In this document: one piece after another, positions 11,493 to 22,061 of the stretch
Layout: the number at the start of each line of letters is the position of its first letter
Position numbering within the stretch: the first letter of the stretch is position 1
Assembly (NCBI GenBank): GCA_044220955.1
Contig: JBGAQA010000001.1
Span: 32,001 to 96,000 of the forward strand
Reading direction: 5' to 3'
Source of the DNA: Sandaracinaceae bacterium
Lineage (GTDB): Bacteria > Myxococcota_A > Polyangia > Polyangiales > Sandaracinaceae
DNA length: 64,000 nucleotides
Notes under the pieces: model-generated
What the model saw: only the letters and a program-made list of their open reading frames with translations
The model's database searches: none
Told to the model about the DNA's origin: nothing
Program-made: the position numbers and the translations under genes

Positions 11493-13235
11493 ATGCGGAT
11501 CGAACGACTGCTCGACGAGGTCGCGGCCTCGGCCATCGAGCGCGCCCTCGGCGTGCGCACGCCGGCCGTGCTCCGGCCCACGAGCGACCCCAAGCACGGC
11601 GACTACCAGGTGAACGGCGTGATGCCGCTCGCCAAGCAGCAGAAGAAGAACCCCCGCGAGCTCGCCGAGCCCGTCGCGGCGGTGCTGCGCGAGCACGAGG
11701 CCATCGCGAAGGCCGAGGTGGCGGGGCCTGGCTTCGTCAACGTGACGCTCGCGCCGGCCTTCATCGCGAGCACGCTGCGGCACGCGCTCGGCGATCCGCG
11801 CCAGGGCGTGCCGCCCGCCGAGACCAAGCACCGCATCGTCGTCGACTACTCGAGCCCGAACATCGCCAAGCAGATGCACGTCGGGCACCTGCGCTCGACC
11901 ATCCTCGGCCACGCGATCTGCGAGCTGCTCTCGTTCGTCGGCCACGACGTGATCCGCGACAACCACGTCGGCGACTGGGGCACGCAGTACGGCCTCCTGA
12001 TCGCGGGGCTGCGGCGCTTCCGGCCGGGCGAGGAGGGCGGCGCGATGTCGCTCGACGACCTCGAGGGCCTCTACAAGCAGGCGAGCCAGCTCGCCGAGAC
12101 GGACGCTGCGTTCGCCGATGCCGCGCGCGCCGAGCTCGCCAAGCTCCAGAAGGGCGACCCCGAGAACCGCGCCCTCTGGGAGCGATTCGTGGCGATCACG
12201 CGCGTCGAGCTCGACCGCATGTACGAGCGGCTCGGCGTGCGCTTCGATCACTGGCTCGGCGAGAGCGCGTACGACGCGATGCTCGAGGGCGTGGCGAGGG
12301 ATCTCGAGGCCAAGGGCCTCGCGCGCCGCGACGAGGGCGCGCTCTGCATCTTCTTCGGCGACGAGATCTGGCACGACGCGCCGGAGAAGCTGAAGAAGCA
12401 GAAGGAGCCCTACATCGTCCAGAAGAAGGACGGCGCGTACCTCTACGCGACGAGCGACCTCGCGTGCATCGCGTACCGGCGCGATCACTTCCACGCCGAC
12501 CGCGCCGTCTACGTCGTCGACGTGCGCCAGAGCCTGCACTTCGAGCAGCTCTTCGCGGTCGCGCGGAAGCTCGGCGTCACCATGGGCCTCACGCACGTCG
12601 GCTTCGGCACCATCCTCGGGACCGACGGCAAGCCCCTCAAGACGCGCGACGCGAGCGGCAAGACCATCCCGCTCGCCTCGCTCCTCGACGAGGCGGAGCG
12701 CCGCGCGCTCGAGCTGATGAAGGAGGCCGAGGTCGACCTGCCGGAGCACGAGCTCCCGATCGTGGCGCGCGCGGTCGGCGCGGGCGCGGTGAAGTACGCC
12801 GACCTCCGGCAGAACCGGCTCAGCGACTACCAGTTCGACTGGGCCAAGCTCATCGCGCTCACCGGCAACTGCGGCGTCTACATCCAGTACGCCGCCGCGC
12901 GCGCCGGCGCGATCTTCCGCAAGGGCGAGATCGACGAGCGCACCCTCGCGCCCTCGTCCATCGTGCTCGACGCGCCGCAGGAGCTCTCGCTCGCGCGCAC
13001 GCTGCTGAAGTTCCCCGACGTGGTGCACGCCGCCGCCGAGACCTACCAGCCGCACCTGCTCACGGATCACCTCTACGCGGTCGCGAGCGAGCTCAGCTCG
13101 TTCTACGAGGCGTGCCCCGTCCTCAAGAGCGAGGGCTCGACGCGAGAGAGCCGCCTCGCGCTCGTGGCGCTGGCCGGCCGGCAGCTGCGGCGCGGGCTGC
13201 GATCGATCGGCATCGACGTGATCGAGCGCATGTGA
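11493..13235 (+). CDS. argS: arginine--tRNA ligase
   Basis: DYSSPNIAKQMHVGHLRS (HIGH motif), NHVGDWGTQ, YIQYAAAR, C-terminal ERM. Confidence 0.97.
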   Translation: MRIERLLDEVAASAIERALGVRTPAVLRPTSDPKHGDYQVNGVMPLAKQQKKNPRELAEPVAAVLREHEAIAKAEVAGPGFVNVTLAPAFIASTLRHALGDPRQGVPPAETKHRIVVDYSSPNIAKQMHVGHLRSTILGHAICELLSFVGHDVIRDNHVGDWGTQYGLLIAGLRRFRPGEEGGAMSLDDLEGLYKQASQLAETDAAFADAARAELAKLQKGDPENRALWERFVAITRVELDRMYERLGVRFDHWLGESAYDAMLEGVARDLEAKGLARRDEGALCIFFGDEIWHDAPEKLKKQKEPYIVQKKDGAYLYATSDLACIAYRRDHFHADRAVYVVDVRQSLHFEQLFAVARKLGVTMGLTHVGFGTILGTDGKPLKTRDASGKTIPLASLLDEAERRALELMKEAEVDLPEHELPIVARAVGAGAVKYADLRQNRLSDYQFDWAKLIALTGNCGVYIQYAAARAGAIFRKGEIDERTLAPSSIVLDAPQELSLARTLLKFPDVVHAAAETYQPHLLTDHLYAVASELSSFYEACPVLKSEGSTRESRLALVALAGRQLRRGLRSIGIDVIERM

Positions 13236-14374
13236 CGGAGCGCGAGCGAGAGGAGCTCCCCGCCTTCTTCGTCACCGCGGCCCGCGGGACGGAGGTCGCG
13301 CTGCGTGACGAGCTGAAGGAGCTGCGCATGCGCAAGGTGCGCGCCGACCGCGGCGGCGTGCGCTTCCTGGGCTCGCACGAGGACGCGCTGCGCGTCTGTC
13401 TCGAGAGCCGCATCGCGGTTCGCGTGCTCCTCTCGCTCGGGACGGCGACGGTGCGCGATCAGGGCGAGCTCTACGACGCCGCACGCACGATCGCCTGGGA
13501 GCGCGTCCTCGACGCGAAGCGCACGCTGGCCGTGAGCGCCGTCAGCAAGGACGAGGCGCTGCGCCACACGGGCTTCGTCGCGATGAAGGTCAAGGACGCC
13601 ATCGTCGATCGCCTGCGTGAGAGGGATCACTCGGGACGCCGCCCCGACGTCGACCGCGACGACCCCGACGTCGGCGTCTTCGTGCACCTCTCGCGCGGCA
13701 CCGCGAGCTTCTACGCGGACGTCTCGGGCCGCTCGCTGCACGAGCGGGGCTATCGACGCCGCATCGGCGATGCGCCCCTGAAGGAGACGCTCGCGGCCGC
13801 CGTACTGCGGCTCGGCGGCTGGGACCGGAAGAGCCCGCTGCTCGATCCGATGTGCGGTTCCGGCACGATCGCGATCGAGGCGGACCTCTGGGCCCGGGAG
13901 GTCGCGCCGGGCCTGCGCCACGCCCGGTTCGGGATCGAGCGCTGGGCCGACCACGACGCCGCCCGGGCCACCTCCTTCGCGGCGGTCCGGGCGCGGGTGG
14001 CTGCGCGGGCCCGGCCGGAGGGTCCGACGATCGTCGCCAGCGACGCCGATCCGGCCGCGATCGACGCGGCCACCAAGAACGCCCGCGACGCCGGGGCCCG
14101 CGTCCGGTTCTCCGTTTGCCGCGCCTCGGAAGCGGCGATCCCCGGACCGGGGACCTTCGTCGTGACCAACCCGCCCTACGGCGTCCGGATCTCCGGAGCG
14201 GCCGAAGCCATGGAGGATCTCGTGGCCCTCTTGCGTCGGGCCCGCCCGGCCCGCCTGGCCGTCCTGGGAGAGCTTCCGGCCAAGCTGCCCTTCGTCGCCG
14301 TGTCAGCCCACGCACTGAGCAATGGCCCGCTGGACGTCACCCTCTCGGTGTTCGACGCCCCCGAGCGGACCTGA
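13232..14374 (+). CDS. THUMP-domain RNA m2G methyltransferase (RlmL-like)
   Basis: GTG overlaps the argS stop; [32 protein letters not shown]. Confidence 0.9.
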   Translation: MTEREREELPAFFVTAARGTEVALRDELKELRMRKVRADRGGVRFLGSHEDALRVCLESRIAVRVLLSLGTATVRDQGELYDAARTIAWERVLDAKRTLAVSAVSKDEALRHTGFVAMKVKDAIVDRLRERDHSGRRPDVDRDDPDVGVFVHLSRGTASFYADVSGRSLHERGYRRRIGDAPLKETLAAAVLRLGGWDRKSPLLDPMCGSGTIAIEADLWAREVAPGLRHARFGIERWADHDAARATSFAAVRARVAARARPEGPTIVASDADPAAIDAATKNARDAGARVRFSVCRASEAAIPGPGTFVVTNPPYGVRISGAAEAMEDLVALLRRARPARLAVLGELPAKLPFVAVSAHALSNGPLDVTLSVFDAPERT

Positions 14375-14425
14375 AGGCCCGCCCTTGGGATCTTCCGCCA
14401 TTCTGGTAAGCTGCGAGCAGGCTGG

Positions 14426-16063
14426 ATGAACCAACCCGCGTCCAAGTCGACCCAGGTCGACGCCCCGGAGAACCTCGTCGGGCGGACGCTCGACGGGCGC
14501 TTCCGCATCATCGCGGCGCTGGCGCGCGGCGGCATGGGGGCCGTCTACCGGGCCGAGCAGCTCCCCCTCGGGCGCGCCGTCGCGATCAAGGTTCTCTCGC
14601 TCCGCCACGACGAGGACCAGGACCCGGAGTTCCGCAAGCGCTTCCTCCTCGAGGCGTCGACGGCCGCCAAGCTCACGCACCCGAACACGGTGCGCGTGTT
14701 CGACTACGGCCAGACCGACGACGGCCTCTACTTCATCGCCATGGAGCTCCTCGAGGGGCTCACGCTCAAGGAGATCATCGCGAAGGAGGGCGCCATCGCG
14801 CCCGAGCGCGCCATCGAGATCACCAAGCAGATCGCGCGCTCGCTGCGCGAGGCGCACCGCATCGGCATCGTCCACCGCGACATGAAGCCGGGCAACGTGA
14901 TGCTCGTGCAGCGTGGCGGCGACGAGACGGTGAAGGTCCTCGACTTCGGGCTCGCGAAGGAGACCGGCGGCGCCGAGGGCGAGATCGAGGACATCACGCA
15001 GACGGGCGTGTTCATGGGCTCGCCCAAGTACATGTCCCCCGAGCAGATCCAGGGCGAGAAGCTCGACGCGCGCTCGGACCTCTACTCGGTCGGCGTGATC
15101 CTGTACGAGATGCTGGCGGGCAAGCCGCCCTTCCAGCGCGAGCAGCCGATGCAGGTCCTGATGGACCACATCCGCGAGATCCCGAAGACGGTCGCGGCGC
15201 CCGAGGGGCGCGACCCGCTCCCGCTGGGCGTGGTGCACGCGACCATGCGCTGCCTCGCGAAGGTCCGCGAGGAGCGCTGGAACGACATGGACCAGTTCCT
15301 CCTGGCGCTGAAGGAAGCCATGGGGGGGCCGACGTCGTCGTCGGGGCAGATCGCCGCGATGACGGGCGAGTGGGACGCGATGAAGTCGGGCGTCATGTCG
15401 CTCGCGAACACGACCGGCAGCGGCCCCGCCGTGCGCGTCGCGACCGGAACACCCGACCACGGCGTCACGCCGCTCGGCGCGTCCTCGGTTCCGTCGCCGG
15501 CGCCGGTCCTGTCCGAGGCCCCGCCCGCGTCACGCGGCAACGGCGTGCTCTGGGCGGCGATCGGCGTCGTCGCGCTGGTGGCCGCCGTGGGCGGCTACGT
15601 CGTGTTCGGCCAGGCGCCAGCCGCCCCGCCCACCACCACGCTCGCGACGCCCACGCCGCCGCCGACGACGACGACCGAGGCGCTACCGCCTCCCTCGACC
15701 GCCCTGGGCACGACCGCGGTCGTGGCCCCTCTGCCCGAGACCACCATCCGCACGGTGCTCGTGTCGCTGCGCTCGCAGCCCACGGGCGCCACGGTGGTCC
15801 TCGGCGATCGCACCTACGGGCCGACGCCCAGCGAGGTGGAGCTCACCGGAGCGCTCGCCGAGGAGGGCGCGACGCTGCACTTCGTGTTCAGTCACCCTGG
15901 CTTCCGCGACATGCCGATGGACGCGACGGTGAGCGGCGCCACGCTGGACGTGAACGCGCGGATGGCGCGCATCCCACGCGCGACGACGTCGCACGAAGAG
16001 ACCGGCGAGGGGACCGCGACGGGCGACACCCACGTCGAGGGCTACCGCGACTCTCCGTACTGA
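14426..16063 (+). CDS. membrane Ser/Thr protein kinase
   Basis: [25 protein letters not shown] helix; PEGA-like C-terminus ending DSPY. Confidence 0.95.
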   Translation: MNQPASKSTQVDAPENLVGRTLDGRFRIIAALARGGMGAVYRAEQLPLGRAVAIKVLSLRHDEDQDPEFRKRFLLEASTAAKLTHPNTVRVFDYGQTDDGLYFIAMELLEGLTLKEIIAKEGAIAPERAIEITKQIARSLREAHRIGIVHRDMKPGNVMLVQRGGDETVKVLDFGLAKETGGAEGEIEDITQTGVFMGSPKYMSPEQIQGEKLDARSDLYSVGVILYEMLAGKPPFQREQPMQVLMDHIREIPKTVAAPEGRDPLPLGVVHATMRCLAKVREERWNDMDQFLLALKEAMGGPTSSSGQIAAMTGEWDAMKSGVMSLANTTGSGPAVRVATGTPDHGVTPLGASSVPSPAPVLSEAPPASRGNGVLWAAIGVVALVAAVGGYVVFGQAPAAPPTTTLATPTPPPTTTTEALPPPSTALGTTAVVAPLPETTIRTVLVSLRSQPTGATVVLGDRTYGPTPSEVELTGALAEEGATLHFVFSHPGFRDMPMDATVSGATLDVNARMARIPRATTSHEETGEGTATGDTHVEGYRDSPY

Positions 16064-16184
16064 TCGAACGCTGGGCGCTCGGGTAACGATCAGGTCCGCA
16101 GGCGCTCCGGAAGCAGGCGGCGTCGCGGTGTGTAGGGGCCCGAGCGCCGGGACACGTCCGCTCGTGCCCGCTGCGCGGCGGCGC

Positions 16185-17414
16185 TCAGCTCGCGGGCAGC
16201 AGCGTGGAGAGCGCGACGGTGTCGTCGGCGAGCGCCTCGGGCGACACGTCGACGCCGGCGGCGATGAGCTTCTTGGCCCCCGCGATCTCCTTGAGGCGGT
16301 TGACGCCGATCGCGAAGGCGAGCTTGCCTCCCCGGAGGTGGAACGCGACGAACGCGCGCGCCTCGCGCGAGCCGCGATGGACGACGCGATCGTAGTCGGC
16401 CACGTGGCCGACGCTCTGCATCTTGAGGTCGTACTGATCCGACCAGAAGAAGGGCACGGTGTCGTGCACCTCCGGCTTGCCGAGGAGGTTCGCCACGATG
16501 CAAGCGCCCTGCGTCTGCGCGTTGTCGACCGACTCGACGATCACGTGCTTGCCGCCGAGCGCGCGCGCCGGGCCGCACGCGACGTCGCCCGCGGCGTAGA
16601 TGCCCGGGGCGTTCGTCTGGCAGTGCGCGTCCACGATCACCCCGCGGTCCGTGCGGACGCCCGACCCCGCCAGCCACTCGGTGCTCGGCGCGACGCCGAT
16701 CCCGACGACGACGAAGTCGCAGGGGATGCGCTCGCCGCTCGTGGTCACCACCTCCTCCGCGCGAGCCGCGCCGCGGATCGCCGAGACGCCCACGCCGCAG
16801 CGCAGGTCCACGCCGCGCGCGCGATGCTGCTCGGCGTAGAACGCGCCGACGTCGGCCCCGAACGCGCGCAGGAGCGGTCGCTCGGCGGCTTCGATCATCA
16901 CGACCTCGAGCCCCTCGTCACGACACGAGGCCGCGACCTCGGCGCCGATGACGCCGGCGCCCACGACCACCACGCGCTTCTTGGTCACGACCTCCTCGCG
17001 GATGGCGCGCGCATCGGCGAGCGAGCGCAGGACGTACACCCCGGGGAGCGAGGCGCCCTCGCAGGGGAGCGTCCGTGCGGCAGCTCCGGTCGCGACGATC
17101 AGGTGGTCGAAGGGCACCCGCTCGCCCCCCTCGAGCTCGACCTCGCGCGCCGTCGTGTCGAGCCCGCGCGCGCGCCGGCCCGTGACCAGCTCGATGCGGT
17201 GCTCGTCGTACCAGCCGGGAGCACGGAAGAAGAGCTTGGCCTCCTCGATCTGGCCGCGGATCAGCTTCTTCGAGAGCGGCGGGCGATCGTAGGGACGCTC
17301 GACCTCGTCGCCGATCAGCGTGATCGATCCCTGCCACCCACCCCGGCGTAGCTGCTCGGCCGCCCGCCCGCCCGCGAGGCTCGCGCCCACGATCAAGACC
17401 CGCCCGCTCGTCAT
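16185..17414 (-). CDS. FAD/NAD(P)H-dependent ferredoxin reductase
   Basis: IVGASLAG, YDRPPLSK, GAGVIGAE, AAGD, PFFWSDQYD; start trimmed to MTSGRV. Confidence 0.92.
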   Translation of the reverse strand: MTSGRVLIVGASLAGGRAAEQLRRGGWQGSITLIGDEVERPYDRPPLSKKLIRGQIEEAKLFFRAPGWYDEHRIELVTGRRARGLDTTAREVELEGGERVPFDHLIVATGAAARTLPCEGASLPGVYVLRSLADARAIREEVVTKKRVVVVGAGVIGAEVAASCRDEGLEVVMIEAAERPLLRAFGADVGAFYAEQHRARGVDLRCGVGVSAIRGAARAEEVVTTSGERIPCDFVVVGIGVAPSTEWLAGSGVRTDRGVIVDAHCQTNAPGIYAAGDVACGPARALGGKHVIVESVDNAQTQGACIVANLLGKPEVHDTVPFFWSDQYDLKMQSVGHVADYDRVVHRGSREARAFVAFHLRGGKLAFAIGVNRLKEIAGAKKLIAAGVDVSPEALADDTVALSTLLPAS

Positions 17415-17478
17415 GGGTGCGCTATCTAGCGCCGATCCGCGTTCGCGCTGGCGCCGCGGGGCGTGATACCAACTTCGT

Positions 17479-19689
17479 GTGCGCTCTCTCGCCCTCCTCG
17501 CCCTCCTCGTCCTCGCCCTCGGCGCGTGCTCGCAGCCTGGTCCTGCGGCCCTCGACGGGAGCGCCGATGCCGGCACCGATACGCCCGTGGTGCGCTTGGA
17601 CGCCGCGATCACCTGGACGGCCGCGCCTTTCGCCCCGACGCCGGACACCATCGCGTACTGCGTCGGGCACGACGACGCGGCGATCGAGGCGCACATCACC
17701 GCGCTGCTGTCCCAGCTCTCGCTCGACCAGAAGATCGCGCTCATGCACGGCGCCTCCACGGGGCTCGTCGACGGCACGTGGCAGGTCGACGGCATCGCCG
17801 CGCTCGGCATCCCCGGTCTGCACATGCTCGACGGGCCGCGCGGGCTCTCGCGCTTCACGAACCTGCATGGCACCGCGTTCCCCGTCGGCATGATGCGCGG
17901 CGCGACCTGGGACCCGGCGCTCGAGCGACGCGTCGGGGCCGCCATCGCCGTCGAGCACCGCTCCGCGGGCGCGGACGTCGTTCTCGCGCCGACCATCAAC
18001 ATCCTTCGGCACCCGCGCTGGGGACGCGCGCAGGAGACCTACGGCGAGGACACGCACCACCTCGGGGAGATGGGCCTCGGGTTCGTGCTGGGCGTCCAGA
18101 GCGAGCACCTGCTCGCCAGCGTGAAGCACTTCGCCGCCAACTCGATCGAGGACACGCGACACACCGTCGACGTGACGATGGACGAGCGGACGCTTCGGGA
18201 GGTGTACCTCCCGCACTTCCGGCGCGTGATCATCGACGGGCACGCCGGGTCGGTGATGAGCGCCTACAACCAGCTGAACGGCGCCTACTGCGACGTGAAC
18301 GCGCACCTGCTCACCGACATCCTGCGCACCGAGTGGGGCTTCGCGGGCTTCGTCGAGTCGGACTGGCTGCTCGGCACGCACGGCAGCGCGGAGTCGGCGA
18401 TCGCGGGTCTCGACATCGAGATGCCTGGTGCGATGCACTACCGCGACCTGCGCGCCGACTTCGAGCGCGGGGCGATCGATCAGGCGACGATCGACCTCCG
18501 CGTACGCGAGATCCTGCGCGGCATGTTCTGCTTCGGGCTCGACGCGGCGCCACCTCGGACGCGGGGCGTGCGGATCGACGACCCCACGCAGCGCGAGACG
18601 GCGGAGCACCTCGCGCTCGCCCGGGAGGTCGCGCGTCGCGGCATCGTGCTCTTGCGCAACGAGAGCGCTGCGTTGCCGGTCGGTGCGGCCGTGCGCTCCA
18701 TCGTCGTGCTCGGGCGCAACGCAGACGAGGAGAACATCGGAGACGTCGGATCGAGCGACGTGACGCCGACGGACGTCGTGACGGCGCTCGAGGGCCTCAC
18801 CGGGCGGGCTGGATCGGCTGTCACCGTGACGCACGTGCCCGGCACCTCGCTCGACGCGGCGGCGACGTCCGTGGTCGCGGCCGCCGACGTCGCGATCGTC
18901 GTCACGGGCCTTCGGAGCAGCGACGAGGGCGAGGGCGACCTCGCCGCCGGCGACCGCGAGAGCCTCGAGGTGCCGCCCGCGGAGGTCGCGCTGATCCGCG
19001 CCGTCGCGGCGGCGAACGCGCGCACCATCGTGATCCTCGAGGGCGGCGCGGCGCTGCTCACGCGGCCGTGGGAGAGCGAGGTCGAGGCGATCCTGTTCGC
19101 GTTCTACCCGGGCGCGCGCGGGGGCGAGGCGATCGCCGACGTCGTCTTCGGCGACGCGGCGCCCTCCGGGCGGCTGCCGTTCAGCATCCCCGTCGCGGAG
19201 ACGGACCTGCCGCCCTTCGACTCCACGTCGCCGACGGTCGCGTACGGCTACCTCCACGGCTACCGCTACCTGGAAGACGCGTCCGTCGCGCCCGCCTACC
19301 CCTTCGGCTTCGGTCTCTCGTACACGACGTTCTCGCTCTCGAACCTGCGCGTCTCGAGCGCGACCGCGCACCCCGGCGACGCGATCGACGTCACGGTCAC
19401 CGTCACGAACGAGGGCGGCGCGGCCGCGATCGACACGGTCGAGCTCTACGTCGCCGCGATCGGCAGCGCCGTGGTGCGCGCGCCCGAGGATCTGCGTGGC
19501 TTCGGCCAGATCGAGCTCGCCGCGCACGCGAGCGCCGACGTCACGATGACCTTGCGCGCGGACGACCTGCGCACCTGGGACAGCGCGACGAGCGCATGGG
19601 TCCTGGAGCCCATCGACTACGAGCTCCGCGCGTCCGCCTTCGCCGGCGATCCCGCGGCCCTCACCGCGGCGATCCACGGATCACCCTGA
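17479..19689 (+). CDS. GH3 beta-glucosidase, lipoprotein
   Basis: Lipobox LGAC; DGPRG, GRAQETYGED, KHF, SDW nucleophile motif, YPFGFGLSYTTF, Fn3-like tail. Confidence 0.93.
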   Translation: MRSLALLALLVLALGACSQPGPAALDGSADAGTDTPVVRLDAAITWTAAPFAPTPDTIAYCVGHDDAAIEAHITALLSQLSLDQKIALMHGASTGLVDGTWQVDGIAALGIPGLHMLDGPRGLSRFTNLHGTAFPVGMMRGATWDPALERRVGAAIAVEHRSAGADVVLAPTINILRHPRWGRAQETYGEDTHHLGEMGLGFVLGVQSEHLLASVKHFAANSIEDTRHTVDVTMDERTLREVYLPHFRRVIIDGHAGSVMSAYNQLNGAYCDVNAHLLTDILRTEWGFAGFVESDWLLGTHGSAESAIAGLDIEMPGAMHYRDLRADFERGAIDQATIDLRVREILRGMFCFGLDAAPPRTRGVRIDDPTQRETAEHLALAREVARRGIVLLRNESAALPVGAAVRSIVVLGRNADEENIGDVGSSDVTPTDVVTALEGLTGRAGSAVTVTHVPGTSLDAAATSVVAAADVAIVVTGLRSSDEGEGDLAAGDRESLEVPPAEVALIRAVAAANARTIVILEGGAALLTRPWESEVEAILFAFYPGARGGEAIADVVFGDAAPSGRLPFSIPVAETDLPPFDSTSPTVAYGYLHGYRYLEDASVAPAYPFGFGLSYTTFSLSNLRVSSATAHPGDAIDVTVTVTNEGGAAAIDTVELYVAAIGSAVVRAPEDLRGFGQIELAAHASADVTMTLRADDLRTWDSATSAWVLEPIDYELRASAFAGDPAALTAAIHGSP

Positions 19690-19755
19690 CCTGGGGTCAC
19701 TCCAACCCCTCGCAAGTACCCGAAACGACACGCGTCCTGCGGGTAGGTGCGCGTT

Positions 19756-20976
19756 TCAGTCGTGCATCGACACCAGGGCGCGGCCCTCGAGCCCGCTGAG
19801 CTGGTTCACCGCGGCGGGATCGCCGAGCAGCTGGCTGCCCCAGAACGCCGCGGCCACGTCGGCGCCGAGCTCGCGCGCCTCGGCGTTGTCGGCGTAGGTG
19901 AACGCCGCGCGCGGCGGCGCCTGGCGCATGCCCATCCCGCAGCCGGCGTTCCAGCCGTCGTGCAGGCCGGCGATGTCCGAGAAGGAGAAATGACCAGCGT
20001 CGGCGACCTCGACGAGCCAAGCGGGACCGCCGACGTGCGTGTAGTCGTTGCGGAGCACGGCGTTTCCCGCGAGGCCGATGCTGTTGTCCTCCTGCGCGAG
20101 CAGGAACAGGTAGGGGACGTGGATCGTGGAGACGTCCGCGCCGAACGCCGAGAGCGGCGCTGCGATCGCCATCGCCGCGACGAATCGGCTGTCCGACATG
20201 ACGGCCGCGCCCGTCGTGATCGCGCCGTAGCTGTGGCCCATGACGCCCACGCGCGTCGCGTCGACGTGGCCACGCAGATCGACGGGCAGCTCCGTCGCCG
20301 TCGCGTCGAGGAGGCGGTCGAGCACGCTCGAGACGTCGCTCGAGCGGACGGCGAGGTACGTGGCGTCGAGCGGCGCGAGCGTCGCGTCCCAATAGGTGTC
20401 CTCGAGGTGATCGGGCGCCGCGACGACGATGCCGTGCGAGGCGAGGCGCTCGGCGATCTCCGCGACGTCGAAGCGCATGCAGCCGTGGCAGTGGGAGAAC
20501 ACGATGGCGGGCCAGGGCGTGCTGGCCGCGGCGGCCGCGGGCGCCGCCGCCGAGCGCGTCTGCGCCCGGATGCAGCTCGCCGGCGCCGTGGCGACGAGGG
20601 ACGTGAGCGTCGCCGCGCGCGCACCGGACTCGAACGCCGACATCGACTGCCCCGTCGTCGCCGCGGCGCGCGCGCTCTCGTCGGCCGGATACCAGATCTC
20701 CACCGGCAGCATCCGCGCGCCCGTGCGGTCGAGCATCGTCACGTGCACGTTCCCGACGGGATGCGGACCGGCGCTGCCGTAGTCGGTGCGCGGCATCCCG
20801 GCGTCGGTCCAGCTCGCGTCCCGCACGTAGGCGTCGGGACCGACGTCGGGGCGCGGGGCCGCGTCGCGGCCGGCGTCGTCCACGACGCTCGCGTCGTCGC
20901 CCGCGTCGGGCGTCGACGCCGACGAGGGGGTGCACGAGACGAGCGAGAGCAGCGCACACGAGAGCCAGATCCGCAT
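19756..20976 (-). CDS. alpha/beta hydrolase lipoprotein (dienelactone/PAF-acetylhydrolase-like)
   Basis: EIWYPA, LASHGIVVAAPDH, GHSYG nucleophile elbow, AGHFSFSD; lipobox LVSC. Confidence 0.85.
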   Translation of the reverse strand: MRIWLSCALLSLVSCTPSSASTPDAGDDASVVDDAGRDAAPRPDVGPDAYVRDASWTDAGMPRTDYGSAGPHPVGNVHVTMLDRTGARMLPVEIWYPADESARAAATTGQSMSAFESGARAATLTSLVATAPASCIRAQTRSAAAPAAAAASTPWPAIVFSHCHGCMRFDVAEIAERLASHGIVVAAPDHLEDTYWDATLAPLDATYLAVRSSDVSSVLDRLLDATATELPVDLRGHVDATRVGVMGHSYGAITTGAAVMSDSRFVAAMAIAAPLSAFGADVSTIHVPYLFLLAQEDNSIGLAGNAVLRNDYTHVGGPAWLVEVADAGHFSFSDIAGLHDGWNAGCGMGMRQAPPRAAFTYADNAEARELGADVAAAFWGSQLLGDPAAVNQLSGLEGRALVSMHD

Positions 20977-20987
20977 GCCGTCTCGTA

Positions 20988-21587
20988 TCACACGCGCCGG
21001 AGCACGAGCACGAAGTTGTTCGCCGGCATCGCCACGCGCTCGTCGAGACGCAGCCCGCACGCCTCTGCCTCGGCGACGACGGCCTCGAGATCGCGCACCC
21101 CGAACCGCGGGTCGCGCTCGCGCTTGAGCCACGCGTCGAACTCGACGTTGCTCTCGGAGGTGTGCTGGCCACCGATCTTGTAGGGCCCGTAGGTGACGAG
21201 CGGCGCGCCCGGGGCCAGCAGCGCGGCGGCGCCCCTCATCAGCGCCGGCACGGTCGAGGGCGGCGACGCGTGGATCATGTTGATGCACAGGACTGCGTCG
21301 GCCCGAGCGATCGGCCAGGGCTGCGCGAGCACGTCGAGCCGCATCGCGGGCAACACCGTCCCTGCCGTCCGCATGGCGGCCCGGGCATCGATCTCGCCGA
21401 GCGCCTCGTCGCTCGCCTCCGTCGGCTGGAAGATCAGCTCTGGAAGACGCTCGGCGAAGTACGCCGCGTGCCCGCCGCCGCCGCTCGCGATCTCGAGCAC
21501 GGTTCCTCGCTCCGGCAGCACACGCACGAGCACGTCGGCGATCGGCCCGCGGTTGCGGAGAACGGCTCCCGAGATCGGCTGGACCAT
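20988..21587 (-). CDS. DUF938-family SAM-dependent methyltransferase
   Basis: RNRGPI, LEIASG, INMIH, YGPY, SNVEFDAWL, MPANN. Confidence 0.88.
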   Translation of the reverse strand: MVQPISGAVLRNRGPIADVLVRVLPERGTVLEIASGGGGHAAYFAERLPELIFQPTEASDEALGEIDARAAMRTAGTVLPAMRLDVLAQPWPIARADAVLCINMIHASPPSTVPALMRGAAALLAPGAPLVTYGPYKIGGQHTSESNVEFDAWLKRERDPRFGVRDLEAVVAEAEACGLRLDERVAMPANNFVLVLRRV

Positions 21588-21612
21588 CGGCGCATCGTAG
21601 TACGCTCGCGCC
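21588..21612. promoter_or_regulatory. back-to-back -10 hexamers for two divergent, probably leaderless genes
   Basis: TACGCT (+, 21601-21606) and TACGAT (-, 21594-21599), each 6 nt from an ATG. Confidence 0.6.
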
Positions 21613-22038
21613 ATGCGCTACCTCCACACCATGCTTCGCGTGCGCGACCTCGACGCCGCGCTGAGGTTCTTCGTCGACGATTTGGGGCTGCGCGAGACGC
21701 GGCGCCGCGAGAGCGAGCAGGGCCGCTTCACGCTCGTGTTCCTCGCGTGCGGTGTCGAGGCGAGCCCGGCCGAGATCGAGCTGACCTATAACTGGGACCA
21801 GAAGGAGCCCAACCCCACCGGGCGCTTCTTCGGCCACCTCGCGTTCGAGGTCGACGACATCTACGCCACGTGCGCGCGGCTACGCGACCGCGGGATCACG
21901 ATCCACCGACCGCCGCGCGACGGGAAGATGGCGTTCGTGAAGACCCCCGACGGACACTCCATCGAGCTGCTCCAGAAGGGAGACGCCCGGCCGCTCGAGG
22001 AGCCGTGGAGGTCGGCCCCGAACGTCGGCGAGTGGTGA
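21613..22038 (+). CDS. gloA: lactoylglutathione lyase (glyoxalase I)
   Basis: [33 protein letters not shown]. Confidence 0.9.
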   Translation: MRYLHTMLRVRDLDAALRFFVDDLGLRETRRRESEQGRFTLVFLACGVEASPAEIELTYNWDQKEPNPTGRFFGHLAFEVDDIYATCARLRDRGITIHRPPRDGKMAFVKTPDGHSIELLQKGDARPLEEPWRSAPNVGEW

Positions 22039-22061
22039 GCACGCGAAGGGAGCGGTGTACC

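Noticed and set aside
11447..14374. 975-aa ORF as an argS-methyltransferase fusion
   Set aside because: argS is in another frame; the methyltransferase starts at GTG 13232
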